From sequence record KF055347: DNA of 64,000 bases; one strand, given 5' to 3'. This document shows, in pieces, positions 8,505-17,533 of the stretch (position 1 is the stretch's first letter; the number at the start of each line of letters is the position of its first letter). The stretch is from Escherichia phage JH2. Under the pieces are notes generated by a model. The model saw only the letters and a program-made list of their open reading frames with translations, was not told the origin of the DNA and ran no database searches. Both the position numbers and the translations under genes were made by a program.

Positions 8505-9030
8505 GATTTACCTTAGAAATGTTTGTTGCAAATTCACATTGAGCGATAACTTTCATATTGTTATAGACATCTTGAGAGTATTTCTTAGCTTTAGGAATTT
8601 TGTACGAATACCCAGCATTATATGACGCTAAAACTTTTTGTAAAGTCTTCTTTGACTTTGGTTGACCATGTACCTTCGTCCAAAACTCAAGCTCTTTGTG
8701 TGTTTCCTTTGCAGCATAGTCGAAGTCTTTTAAGAGTTTCTTTTTAGCCACATTAGGACTGATTTTGTTACGCTTTACAACAGTCTTCAAGTGATTCTGG
8801 AAGATACCATAGTCATGGGTCTTTTTATTCTCCATATTCAGACCTAACTCTGACTCTTGTAAGGCTATAGCAGCTAGAGTGATGCCCCACCCTTTACCCA
8901 TATTATTCTCACCATACTGGTAAGCTTTTAACATATTTACTTTTTGGCTAATTGATAGCTCTGGGCAGTCAACTGCATAAGATAAGTGTGCTGTAAACAT
9001 TAAGCACAAACCTAGAATCAATTTCTTCAT
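8482..9030 (-). CDS. signal-peptide lytic transglycosylase-like protein (candidate endolysin)
   Basis: 182 aa; Sec-type signal MKKLILGLCLMFTAHLSYA; AIALQESELG...DYGIFQ resembles the family 1 lytic transglycosylase catalytic motif. Confidence 0.5.
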   Translation of the reverse strand: MKKLILGLCLMFTAHLSYAVDCPELSISQKVNMLKAYQYGENNMGKGWGITLAAIALQESELGLNMENKKTHDYGIFQNHLKTVVKRNKISPNVAKKKLLKDFDYAAKETHKELEFWTKVHGQPKSKKTLQKVLASYNAGYSYKIPKAKKYSQDVYNNMKVIAQCEFATNISKVNHEKIKKV

Positions 9031-9061
9031 TGGTTCTCCTGTTTAGTTTATCGTGACCACA

Positions 9062-9090
9062 ATTATACAGCACTCTGCACAAAATACAAA
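9062..9090 (-). promoter_or_regulatory. sigma70-like promoter candidate (TTTGTA-N17-TATAAT)
   Basis: on the minus strand a perfect TATAAT (plus 9062-9067) lies 17 nt after TTTGTA (plus 9085-9090), upstream of the transglycosylase gene. Confidence 0.4.
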
Positions 9091-9095
9091 TAAAA

Positions 9096-9115
9096 AAGGC
9101 CGCCGAAGCAGCCTT
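9096..9115 (-). terminator. terminator-like hairpin downstream of the rIIB-like gene
   Basis: AAGGC..GCCTT stem with GC-rich interior, flanked by A/T runs. Confidence 0.45.
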
Positions 9116-9130
9116 TTAAGAAATTACTTA

Positions 9131-10240
9131 TTAGATTTCACGTTTACGTTGGGAGATGAGTTCTCCAGCAGTGCCAACGATGATATGCAAAGCTTCAGTA
9201 TTACCATCCCATGCTTTCAGCACTTTACGTTGATTATCAACGATTGCTGCAACTTCATAACGAGAGGAACGCATCTTCATATCGTTGTAATCAGTTGGAA
9301 CAGATACAACATCTCGTGGATGGACACGAACCTTCAGGATGGTATCACCTGAGAAGTAACGAACATAACCCCAAGCACCAACATGAAGACCTTGAGAGCA
9401 AGTTACGTTACGATTGTTATCAACCATCCAACGTGGCATCTCTACAATGTTACCCAAATCATTAGGTACTTTGTAGGTGTGAGAGTCAACCAGCTTGCCT
9501 TCATGAGTAGAGACTTTCTTCCAACCAATGATGTAGCCTTCTTCATCAATTTCAACATCAAGGTGAGATACAAATCCCCAAAGTTGTTCTACAGAGTCTT
9601 TAGATGGGTTTTCCATCAGTTTTTCGAAGAACATTACAAGTCGTTCAAAACCTTTATCGCCAGTCTTCATCATGTGAAGGATACGGTCAACCAGAGTAGA
9701 ACGCATCTCAACAGCACCGTAGAATAACTTATCACCTTTGATTGTGATAGCACCCTGAGTGAAGTTTTCGATAGACTTACGAATGTTCATCAGTTCAAAG
9801 GCTTTCTTGAACTCACCTTTCACAACATGAACTACAATCTCTTGATAGTTCGGATGAGTAGACTCAACAATTTCAGATTCTGAACCATAAGTCATAATTA
9901 CAGAATCACCAGTAATCATGTATTCAATCTTGTCATCTTTCTGCATAGCTTCATGCAGTTTATTTACCGGAGCTTTTTGTACAGCCTCTTTAACAACCTT
10001 TTCAACTGGTTTTCCAGCTTTCTTTTTAACTGACTTAGCAACTTGCTTCAAAGTCTTCGTAGCTGGTTTAGAAGCTGCCTTTTTCTTACCTTTTAAGGTT
10101 GCTTCATGACGCTCTACAGCACGACCAACTGAACGGGTTGAAGTATTGAACTTCTGTGCAATAGCTGTTTTAGTCAGCTTACCTTCTTTAACCAGTTTGT
10201 AAATTTCTGCGTCAATCTGTGCTTTAGTTTTAGTAGTCAT
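9131..10240 (-). CDS. rIIB: rIIB-like protein
   Basis: 369 aa directly downstream of the rIIA-like gene; C-terminal CSQGLHV...VHPRDVVSVPTDYNDMKMR resembles T4 rIIB as I recall it. Confidence 0.6.
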   Translation of the reverse strand: MTTKTKAQIDAEIYKLVKEGKLTKTAIAQKFNTSTRSVGRAVERHEATLKGKKKAASKPATKTLKQVAKSVKKKAGKPVEKVVKEAVQKAPVNKLHEAMQKDDKIEYMITGDSVIMTYGSESEIVESTHPNYQEIVVHVVKGEFKKAFELMNIRKSIENFTQGAITIKGDKLFYGAVEMRSTLVDRILHMMKTGDKGFERLVMFFEKLMENPSKDSVEQLWGFVSHLDVEIDEEGYIIGWKKVSTHEGKLVDSHTYKVPNDLGNIVEMPRWMVDNNRNVTCSQGLHVGAWGYVRYFSGDTILKVRVHPRDVVSVPTDYNDMKMRSSRYEVAAIVDNQRKVLKAWDGNTEALHIIVGTAGELISQRKREI

Positions 10241-10284
10241 CTTATTACTCTCTCTTGTTAGTTAATAAATCATTTTGTGAGGTT

Positions 10285-10314
10285 ATTCTAAGGGGCTTCA
10301 AAGCCCCTTGTCAA
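10285..10314 (-). promoter_or_regulatory. sigma70-like promoter candidate with palindromic spacer (TTGACA-N18-TAGAAT)
   Basis: minus strand TTGACA (plus 10309-10314), spacer holds GGGGCTTTGAAGCCCC, then TAGAAT (plus 10285-10290); between rIIA and rIIB. Confidence 0.45.
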
Positions 10315-10319
10315 ACACT

Positions 10320-12686
10320 TTAATCGTAAATTGTAGTCCCTTCTGGAACACACTTCACATCAAAGCCTAAGAACTTACTCACTTCGATGGGTGACACTTT
10401 ATTCCAATCTAAATGAGAAAGCAAGAAGTTTTCTTGTTTTCTTTTTGAAAGATAGTTTGTCACCTTAATGACCATACGGTCACCAGCTTTCTTGATTTTC
10501 TTGTACAGCTTTGTATCGTTGTCAAGACATTCTTTCAAAGTTTGCAATCTACTAATAGTATAAGTGTATGCAAACGGTGCAGCAACGTATTGGATTTTAC
10601 CAAACATTGCCTCAACAGCATCTTCATTACCTTCTAAGAAGATGGTTTTGTTTGTGTCTCGTGAATAGCAATAGCCACGAGAAATCTTTCTGTTATTGAA
10701 CGTAAAGTTTCTGGCAATAATCCAACTGCTTGTAAGGTCGAGGACACCATCCATATAGATACGTGTCATATATCTGTTATGATTAATCCAATGAACATCA
10801 GTTAAGCTGTCGTTCAAGAGCTTCTCATCTACTTCAATCCAGTCTTCTGGTATCTTTTTCCAATTTGCTTTTCGGAAAACATATACTGTCTTTCCAATGA
10901 CATTGGCAACTGACTTAGCTACATCTTCTGGAGATGAGCAAAAACATTCGCCATCAACTGTGTCGCCTACTGCCTTAATATAAAGCTGAGGCTCTTCAAT
11001 CGTATCTAAGTCTTCTGACACCTCTTTGTATGAAGCTACACCTTCTGCTGGAACAGCTTTCCAAAGTTTTACAACACCTCTTACAGCTTCTTTACGCTGA
11101 TAATGATGTTCCTTATCAGACATCTTCACAATCTTTAACAAGCTTTTATCAAGTTTGTGCAGATTGATTAGGTTGTCTAACTCTTTTTCAGTCGAGAATA
11201 CAAAGACAATACCATTGTACCTGTGAAACATACTTGACTCGCTGGCATAGTCTCGACATGCACCACGCAGAATCTGGTTGCGTCCTACAGTTTTCTCAGT
11301 ACCATTTTTATTGCGACGGTCATTGATAACAAACAGAAACTGTTCAATTTGGCTTTTGCGCATTGCACCAAAGATATTGAACATACTTGCCTCTTGAGTG
11401 TAGGAAAGCGATGTTGCACGAATCTTACTCTCTAAAGAGTTGAACTTGACATAAGCAACTGGATTATAAAGATAATCTACTTTAGGGATGTTGTTTCCAT
11501 TCCTATCAACCTTAATATTACCTTTGCCGTCACGTTCATAGATGACTGAGCCGTCTTCTGCGTAGATAATTCCACGACGAATGTTTAGTAATTCTTCTTC
11601 CAGAGAATCAAGCTTAACACCTCCCCACTCTAGCTTTGGACACACAGCATTAAACATCTCTCGTGAGTTCAAGCGTAACTCAGCATAAGCCTGTGCAGCA
11701 TCCATGAGTGTAGGTTGGCTATTAACTTTCTTGATAACATCCTTTGTAATTGCTTCAGTTATCTTTTTAGTAGCCTCAATGATAACATTTTTTGTCGTAT
11801 CATTCATCTGCAATGCTTCACGAGAAGCTGCAATAGCAACTGAACCAATAGGCATGTAGATGTTTACAAGGTCTACGCTCCTACGGAAAAATTCTGGCAA
11901 TACTTTGAAGAAATCATCACCAAGTAATGCTTCCATATTAACAGGGTAGGCAATGTTACCCATCACCACATTAAACTCTGTCCTGTTACCACTAGAACGC
12001 CAGCTTTGCTTATGAATCATGGCATCATAAACACCTTCTTCACGGGCAATGACGTTCATATCTGCTAATACATCGTCATACTCGATATTACTTTCTGGTT
12101 TTACAGCAAAGTATGAGTATACGTGACCAGCCTCTTCAAAGAACTTTGAGATACGATGGTCAGCAACTGCTACACGTACAGCTAAACCATTAGGTTCTTT
12201 TGTTGGGTTGGTGGTCAGCTTAGTTACTTGAGGGATACCATTCTCAAGGTAAACAGAGTACTTATTAACAACACCATCAACATAGCTAGATACTGTGAAT
12301 GACTGAGCAATTGCAAATGGAGATTTTGAGCCGATACCCATTGCACCAATGTAGTCATTAGAGTCATTCTTCGTAGAAGCTCCGTAGTTTAGATACAAAC
12401 TCATAACTTTATCATGAGTCAATCCAGTTCCAAAATCACGAACTTCAAAGTAAGGCTCAAAACGAGTAGGTAAATGCACATGGAAAGGGGTGTTCTCTTT
12501 TCCAGCTTCTTTCTGAGCATCTACTGCGTTACATGACAGTTCACGAATAACTGCCCTTTCTTTAAAGGTATATACACCAGAACTCAAAAGGCTGAACATT
12601 TCAGGTGTCATTGTAATCTGTGCTTGAGACGTCTCTAAAGAAGTTGAACTCTTAATCACTTCTGCGTGGTCGTTTACCATGCGCAT
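10320..12686 (-). CDS. rIIA: rIIA-like protein with N-terminal GHKL-type ATPase domain
   Basis: 788 aa; ELSCNAVDA, DFGTGL and GAMGIGSKSPF match Bergerat-fold N/G1/G2 boxes; size and adjacency to rIIB fit rIIA. Confidence 0.65.
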   Translation of the reverse strand: MRMVNDHAEVIKSSTSLETSQAQITMTPEMFSLLSSGVYTFKERAVIRELSCNAVDAQKEAGKENTPFHVHLPTRFEPYFEVRDFGTGLTHDKVMSLYLNYGASTKNDSNDYIGAMGIGSKSPFAIAQSFTVSSYVDGVVNKYSVYLENGIPQVTKLTTNPTKEPNGLAVRVAVADHRISKFFEEAGHVYSYFAVKPESNIEYDDVLADMNVIAREEGVYDAMIHKQSWRSSGNRTEFNVVMGNIAYPVNMEALLGDDFFKVLPEFFRRSVDLVNIYMPIGSVAIAASREALQMNDTTKNVIIEATKKITEAITKDVIKKVNSQPTLMDAAQAYAELRLNSREMFNAVCPKLEWGGVKLDSLEEELLNIRRGIIYAEDGSVIYERDGKGNIKVDRNGNNIPKVDYLYNPVAYVKFNSLESKIRATSLSYTQEASMFNIFGAMRKSQIEQFLFVINDRRNKNGTEKTVGRNQILRGACRDYASESSMFHRYNGIVFVFSTEKELDNLINLHKLDKSLLKIVKMSDKEHHYQRKEAVRGVVKLWKAVPAEGVASYKEVSEDLDTIEEPQLYIKAVGDTVDGECFCSSPEDVAKSVANVIGKTVYVFRKANWKKIPEDWIEVDEKLLNDSLTDVHWINHNRYMTRIYMDGVLDLTSSWIIARNFTFNNRKISRGYCYSRDTNKTIFLEGNEDAVEAMFGKIQYVAAPFAYTYTISRLQTLKECLDNDTKLYKKIKKAGDRMVIKVTNYLSKRKQENFLLSHLDWNKVSPIEVSKFLGFDVKCVPEGTTIYD

Positions 12687-12714
12687 AATACTTTCCTCTT
12701 AGTTTACTGTTAAA

Positions 12715-12891
12715 TTACTTATTAAACATTTTACCAGAACCGCCACACATAGGGCAACAACCTGCCCTTATGTACCCCTCTCCGTTACAGTAGTCACATT
12801 TTTTGTGCTCTGCAAAGTACTTACAAAGAAGGTAAACAAACACTGCTACACTACCAAGTGACAGTAAAATTTCTATCCAATATGCTTGCAT
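12715..12891 (-). CDS. small TM protein with C-terminal CxxC..CxxC zinc ribbon (not in ORF track, under 60 aa)
   Basis: hand translation MQAYWIEILLSLGSVAVFVYLLCKYFAEHKKCDYCNGEGYIRAGCCPMCGGSGKMFNK; overlaps the 3-prime end of the upstream ORF by 19 nt. Confidence 0.3.
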   Translation of the reverse strand: MQAYWIEILLSLGSVAVFVYLLCKYFAEHKKCDYCNGEGYIRAGCCPMCGGSGKMFNK

Positions 12892-13208
12892 GACTCACCT
12901 CTCATATTTTTGTAAAGTATAAAGCTTCTGTCATGGACGATACTTGTAGATACTGCAAAGTTACTTTCAAGCATCTGTTTGTTTGGATTGTAGAAGCTTT
13001 CTTTAAACTCGTCAAGTGCAAATTGGTGATTGTCTGGAAGACCTTTTACACACACCTTTATTGTAATTGCTGCTGCAACCTTGCCAGTCAGTTCTTCTTT
13101 AGCTGCTACTAAAATTTTGTTAAGGAACTTATGACCGTTTTCAGGTTTCTTGATGTTCTCCCAGCGTTCTTCTAAGACAATATTGATATTCATTTCTTTG
13201 ATTTTCAT
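12873..13208 (-). CDS. hypothetical protein
   Basis: 111-aa ORF. Confidence 0.5.
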   Translation of the reverse strand: MKIKEMNINIVLEERWENIKKPENGHKFLNKILVAAKEELTGKVAAAITIKVCVKGLPDNHQFALDEFKESFYNPNKQMLESNFAVSTSIVHDRSFILYKNMRGESCKHIG

Positions 13209-13225
13209 AATCTTCTCCAGAAATT

Positions 13226-13246
13226 AAAAAGGCTCCCGTAGGAGCC
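13226..13246 (-). terminator. rho-independent terminator-like hairpin after the NAMPT-like gene
   Basis: GGCTCC-CGTA-GGAGCC (13231-13246) followed by a T-run on the minus strand. Confidence 0.5.
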
Positions 13247-13261
13247 TCTTATCATATACTT

Positions 13262-15043
13262 TTAAAGCTGCTTGTCAATATTATTTCGAATATCACCAAG
13301 AGTTGTGTAACCAAACTGCTCAGAGTCACTAAAGACTAAGCGTAAAGTACAAGCTGGATGTTCAAGCGCATCTGCAAAGCTCTGGAAACCATAGCCATCT
13401 ACAGCTTTCAGCTTATCACCATCCCACATAGGCGCTACACCACCAAAAGCAGACTTCTTAACACCACTATCTGTTTTAGGGTCTTTTGCAAGCATAATCT
13501 CTTTGCCACCAATACTTGCAAGAGTTGCTTTGACAGCAAATGCAAAGGTGTCACGAGTCATATACTGGTAAGTGTAAGAGCCTACACCAAATACTACGTT
13601 AGAGCTTGCAAAACCCATTTCATACAAACGCTTCAGGATTTCGTTTGCACGTTCCAACGTGATAGAGTCACCATAGATAAGTCCAATGTGCTCATCCAGT
13701 ACCTTAAAACCTTTAGAGTTGATAGTCCCTCCAAAGATGTTATACAGGGTCTTAATAGCCCCATCAATCTCTGCTACAGGACGTGTTACAACGTTTGCAG
13801 AACCAACCATATAAGCATTTTTCAACAGCACTGTATCAGCAACTTCAAAGTCTTCTCTGTCAACAACCATTTCGTAGCCTTCTGACAGTAGCCATCCAGC
13901 AATACCATAGTTGATATCCTCAAGCTTCATGTTCAGAACAGCATTCAGCATTGTGTCGCTGGCTTCCAGCTTGCTTAGGTGTTCGTAATAAGCCTTTTTA
14001 GCACACTCTAAGTGGATTGCTTTATAACCTGTGACAATATGTACAGGGTCGCCAGAGTCAGGACGAATTACCAGTTTGCCATCACGTTCCATAATCTCTT
14101 TACGAAGTGCTGGTAAGATTTCTGATACAGTTCTCCAGAAATTATAAGTGTCTGAAACAACACTTGCAATACCTGTTGGGTAAGTTTCTGTTAAGAAACG
14201 ACGGAAGGTTTGTAACTCACCTTTAAAGCGTCTTTCTTCTTCAATCAACTCATTACCACCTTCCCAAGCAATGTTTGCACACATTACAGAGTGTTCGGTG
14301 GCTGGTACAGAGCTACCAATATCAGAGATTGGGTAGGACTGTCCATAGATGCGTTTAGCTGTATACACAGCAGGGAAGCTATCAGTTCCTTTAAAGCTGG
14401 TTAAGTGGCCTACAGCGTTAAATGCGTCATCGGTAAAGCCGGACATACCACGCATAGCAAAATCATGGCACTGATAAGGCAAATGCAAGTCGTTGTCACA
14501 AGTAAGGTCAGACCACTTCTTACAGATACGTTTGTAGTGCAATGCAATAGTTGCAATGGTACAAGCCTTCCAAATCTCAGCAGAGAAAGCATCTTCCAGA
14601 TACCCAGCTACCCAATGGAAACCTGAAACAGTGTTCTGGAAGACAATCATTGGTACACGCATAGGGACAACTGTGCCTTCTTCTACAGCGTATACTTCAA
14701 CTGGTAGATAACCTAAATCGTGGAGTGCTTCCCAATGTTCTCGACCAATAGCATCTTTACCCAGAACACCATTCATGACTTCTAAGATTTCGTCAATTGC
14801 TTCTTTTTTGTCACGTTCAAAGAAGGTAGCGTTCCAGTGGTCTATCAAGTAATCTTTAACAAAGCGTTGAATACCAAAAGCCACTACACCGTCAATTGCT
14901 AAAGGGCTGTTAAACCATTTATCGCTACGTGGTGTCAGGTTAAACATCAAGTACTCTGTTGCACTAGGGTACTGGTAAACATGACCAGATTTGTAAGCAT
15001 CTGCATTAAGACCTGCTGGTACTGCGTAAAGTGACTTACTCAT
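13262..15043 (-). CDS. nicotinamide phosphoribosyltransferase-family protein (NadV-like; possible Namat-type enzyme)
   Basis: 593 aa; family-level resemblance to NAMPT/NadV; encoded directly next to a PRPP-synthetase-family gene. Confidence 0.7.
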   Translation of the reverse strand: MSKSLYAVPAGLNADAYKSGHVYQYPSATEYLMFNLTPRSDKWFNSPLAIDGVVAFGIQRFVKDYLIDHWNATFFERDKKEAIDEILEVMNGVLGKDAIGREHWEALHDLGYLPVEVYAVEEGTVVPMRVPMIVFQNTVSGFHWVAGYLEDAFSAEIWKACTIATIALHYKRICKKWSDLTCDNDLHLPYQCHDFAMRGMSGFTDDAFNAVGHLTSFKGTDSFPAVYTAKRIYGQSYPISDIGSSVPATEHSVMCANIAWEGGNELIEEERRFKGELQTFRRFLTETYPTGIASVVSDTYNFWRTVSEILPALRKEIMERDGKLVIRPDSGDPVHIVTGYKAIHLECAKKAYYEHLSKLEASDTMLNAVLNMKLEDINYGIAGWLLSEGYEMVVDREDFEVADTVLLKNAYMVGSANVVTRPVAEIDGAIKTLYNIFGGTINSKGFKVLDEHIGLIYGDSITLERANEILKRLYEMGFASSNVVFGVGSYTYQYMTRDTFAFAVKATLASIGGKEIMLAKDPKTDSGVKKSAFGGVAPMWDGDKLKAVDGYGFQSFADALEHPACTLRLVFSDSEQFGYTTLGDIRNNIDKQL

Positions 15044-15089
15044 ATTTTATATCTCTCTCAAAATGGGGCTTTTAAGCCCCTATAAAGTT

Positions 15090-15986
15090 TTAATCAAGGT
15101 TTGCTACAGTAACTTGGGCATAATGTGTTAAGCCACGGTCTTTAGCTTCCCCTAAAGAGTTTGTAGTGTAGATGTGGTCAATACCATTGTCAAGTAAGTT
15201 TTCAACACCTTTAGAGAAGATACCATGTGTTACATAGAGTTCCACACGTTTTGCACCTGCTTCACGAAGATGTTTAGCTGCTTCTATGAAGGTTCGACCA
15301 CCATCACAGATATCATCCAGAATCATGACGGTTTTATCTGTCAAATCAACATCATCAAGGATTCGCATACCAGTAATTTCACCAGTCTTAAGGTTACGTA
15401 CTTTAGACATTGTGATGTATGGCTTATCCACCTCTTTAGCAGTCTCTTCAGTCTTCTTAGCTGCACCTGCATCTGGGGCTACCAAGAAATCAATGCGTGG
15501 GTCACTTGCAAAGTGTGCTGCCACATCTTTTTGCTTCATGCTCTGAAAGCACTTAAATAAGTTTTCTGCAACATTACTGTGAGGGTCAAGAGCACATACT
15601 GCATCAAAGCCCATTGCATTAACGAGGTTGGCAAAAGCTTTCAGTGCTGCTGAATCACCTTTGAACATATGGCGGTCATATCGAGCATTCGGTAAGAACC
15701 CGAAAACAACGGTTTTCATCGCTGATTTATATGGAACAAGACTGTCAATGGCATCCTTAGCCAAAGCTAATGCAAACAGTGTATCTTTATCATATCCCTG
15801 CACAGTAAGTATAACATTGTCAATCTTACCAGCATTACGCTCAGTAAACTTAACAAAATCTTCAGAGAAGTTTCCACCAATTTCTCCAGATGGGAATTGG
15901 ATGATATTAAATTTTTCTGTGTGGAAGAATTTCTCTTGTGCGGTGACAACGGCTTCAATAATAGTTTTCATAGTTTTCTCTCTCAA
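15090..15986 (-). CDS. ribose-phosphate pyrophosphokinase-family protein (Prs-like; possible Adps-type enzyme)
   Basis: 298 aa; FPSGEIGG resembles the Prs FPDGE motif; VMILDDICDGGRTF is a PRPP-binding loop. Confidence 0.7.
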   Translation of the reverse strand: MREKTMKTIIEAVVTAQEKFFHTEKFNIIQFPSGEIGGNFSEDFVKFTERNAGKIDNVILTVQGYDKDTLFALALAKDAIDSLVPYKSAMKTVVFGFLPNARYDRHMFKGDSAALKAFANLVNAMGFDAVCALDPHSNVAENLFKCFQSMKQKDVAAHFASDPRIDFLVAPDAGAAKKTEETAKEVDKPYITMSKVRNLKTGEITGMRILDDVDLTDKTVMILDDICDGGRTFIEAAKHLREAGAKRVELYVTHGIFSKGVENLLDNGIDHIYTTNSLGEAKDRGLTHYAQVTVANLD

Positions 15987-16520
15987 TCAAAAGTTACGTT
16001 TGTTACTGCCATTGTAAGTTGCCTTATAAACTGTCTCGAACTTCAACAGGAGAGATATTGCCAAATCTGTATAGTTGTTGTCAAGCACATCTGGCATATT
16101 ATTTTTGATATATTTCTCTTGCTCTTCATAGGTCATCTTAGGGATGCTTAGAAGACTATCTCCTTGCTTCTGATTATCAGCTTTAGTCTGAATAAACCAG
16201 TTTGCGCAGTGATGTTCACCACCTTTTGTAACAGGTTTGTGGTGACCTAATGTGAAGGACTGGTTACCTGTGTATCTACAAAGCTTATTGAGCACTGCAA
16301 TGGTGTTCTTCACAACAAAACATTCATACAGATTATCTATGGTGTAATGTGGGTAATAGCGGAATAGTGCTCTTTCACGAGTACTATCACGATTCCAGAG
16401 AATCATGTGATTAGAGTTAGAAGGGTCGTATTGGTGGGAGTCAATGAACTCTTGACGTTCTTCAAAGCTGAGTCTTAGAACTGACATTGCAACCGAACGT
16501 TTCAGATTTGACAGGTACAT
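15987..16520 (-). CDS. hypothetical protein, weak HNH-like signature
   Basis: 177 aa; GHHKPVTKGGEHHCANW is loosely HNH-like but lacks the usual Cys ligands. Confidence 0.4.
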   Translation of the reverse strand: MYLSNLKRSVAMSVLRLSFEERQEFIDSHQYDPSNSNHMILWNRDSTRERALFRYYPHYTIDNLYECFVVKNTIAVLNKLCRYTGNQSFTLGHHKPVTKGGEHHCANWFIQTKADNQKQGDSLLSIPKMTYEEQEKYIKNNMPDVLDNNYTDLAISLLLKFETVYKATYNGSNKRNF

Positions 16521-16571
16521 GTTATCTCCAAAATAAAAAGGGAACCTTTACAGTTCCCTTATAGTATCTGT

Positions 16572-16892
16572 TTACTGAGCTACTTTCAAGATGCTTGTGA
16601 ACGAGATTTCACTCTCATCCATAAACTCTTTTGCTTCTCCAGTAACTTTCACAAAGTTATCTAGGCAGATAATCTTCTTATCTTTCTTGCTGTAGGTTAG
16701 CTTAACCTTTTCAATATCTTTCTTAGAGCTTTTCTCTTCATTGAAGAGTTTTACAGCCTCTTTGAATGGTAGATATGAGCCGTCATTATCACTGATGAAC
16801 CCTGTACCGCAATAGTAGCAGTTGTACTCTTTAGCCATAAACTGGCACAGTACGAAAATCTGTAATTTACGAGTGTTATAAACTTTGCTCAT
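16572..16892 (-). CDS. hypothetical protein
   Basis: 106-aa ORF. Confidence 0.45.
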   Translation of the reverse strand: MSKVYNTRKLQIFVLCQFMAKEYNCYYCGTGFISDNDGSYLPFKEAVKLFNEEKSSKKDIEKVKLTYSKKDKKIICLDNFVKVTGEAKEFMDESEISFTSILKVAQ

Positions 16893-16894
16893 GA

Positions 16895-17161
16895 TTATTT
16901 AGCCTTCTTGTTACGTTTACGGTTACGAGCTTTCTTAGCTGCACGTTTAATTGCTGCTGCACCAGTTGGTCGATGTGCTTGTTTTTTACCACCTTTTCCA
17001 CGTCCTACGTGGATGTAAGGCTGATGTTCAATTTGGTTTGCAAGAACTTGTGCAACTGCTGAAGCATCTACACCAACCTGCTTTCCAGTCGTAGAAATGA
17101 TTGCTGCTGCTTTTGCCAGTGCCTTCAAGAAGCCAGCCTTCATATTACCTAAAATTCCCAT
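16895..17161 (-). CDS. hypothetical highly basic protein
   Basis: 88 aa; Lys/Arg-rich C-terminus KRAAKKARNRKRNKKAK. Confidence 0.45.
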   Translation of the reverse strand: MGILGNMKAGFLKALAKAAAIISTTGKQVGVDASAVAQVLANQIEHQPYIHVGRGKGGKKQAHRPTGAAAIKRAAKKARNRKRNKKAK

Positions 17162-17176
17162 TTTTAGTCTCTCTCA

Positions 17177-17533
17177 TTAAAGTTTAATACAGAACTTATG
17201 AAGTTCTTCTTCAGTGATACCTATCGGAGTGATACCTCCTCTGATATTTTGAATCCTGTAGAAGTCTCCAAACTTATCTGATTCATGAATGACAAACGTG
17301 ACATTCTTTACAATCATTGCAAGAGCACATAATGAATGTGAACCAAATTTTTCTCTAGTATAAATCATCCAAGCATCTAACTTGTTGATGTCGTAAGTCC
17401 ACTTACCAGAATAATCATTCTGCTCGCCATTGACAATCACCTTGCCACCCATACTCTTTTCTCCAGAGGTTTTGGTTATCAGAACCACGATATGGTTTAA
17501 CTGTTGGTTTAGAAGAATCATACTTACCATCAA
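17177..17533 (-). CDS. hypothetical protein (true start probably internal)
   Basis: 118-aa ORF overlapping the 3-prime end of nrdG by ~119 nt in another frame. Confidence 0.3.
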   Translation of the reverse strand: MMVSMILLNQQLNHIVVLITKTSGEKSMGGKVIVNGEQNDYSGKWTYDINKLDAWMIYTREKFGSHSLCALAMIVKNVTFVIHESDKFGDFYRIQNIRGGITPIGITEEELHKFCIKL

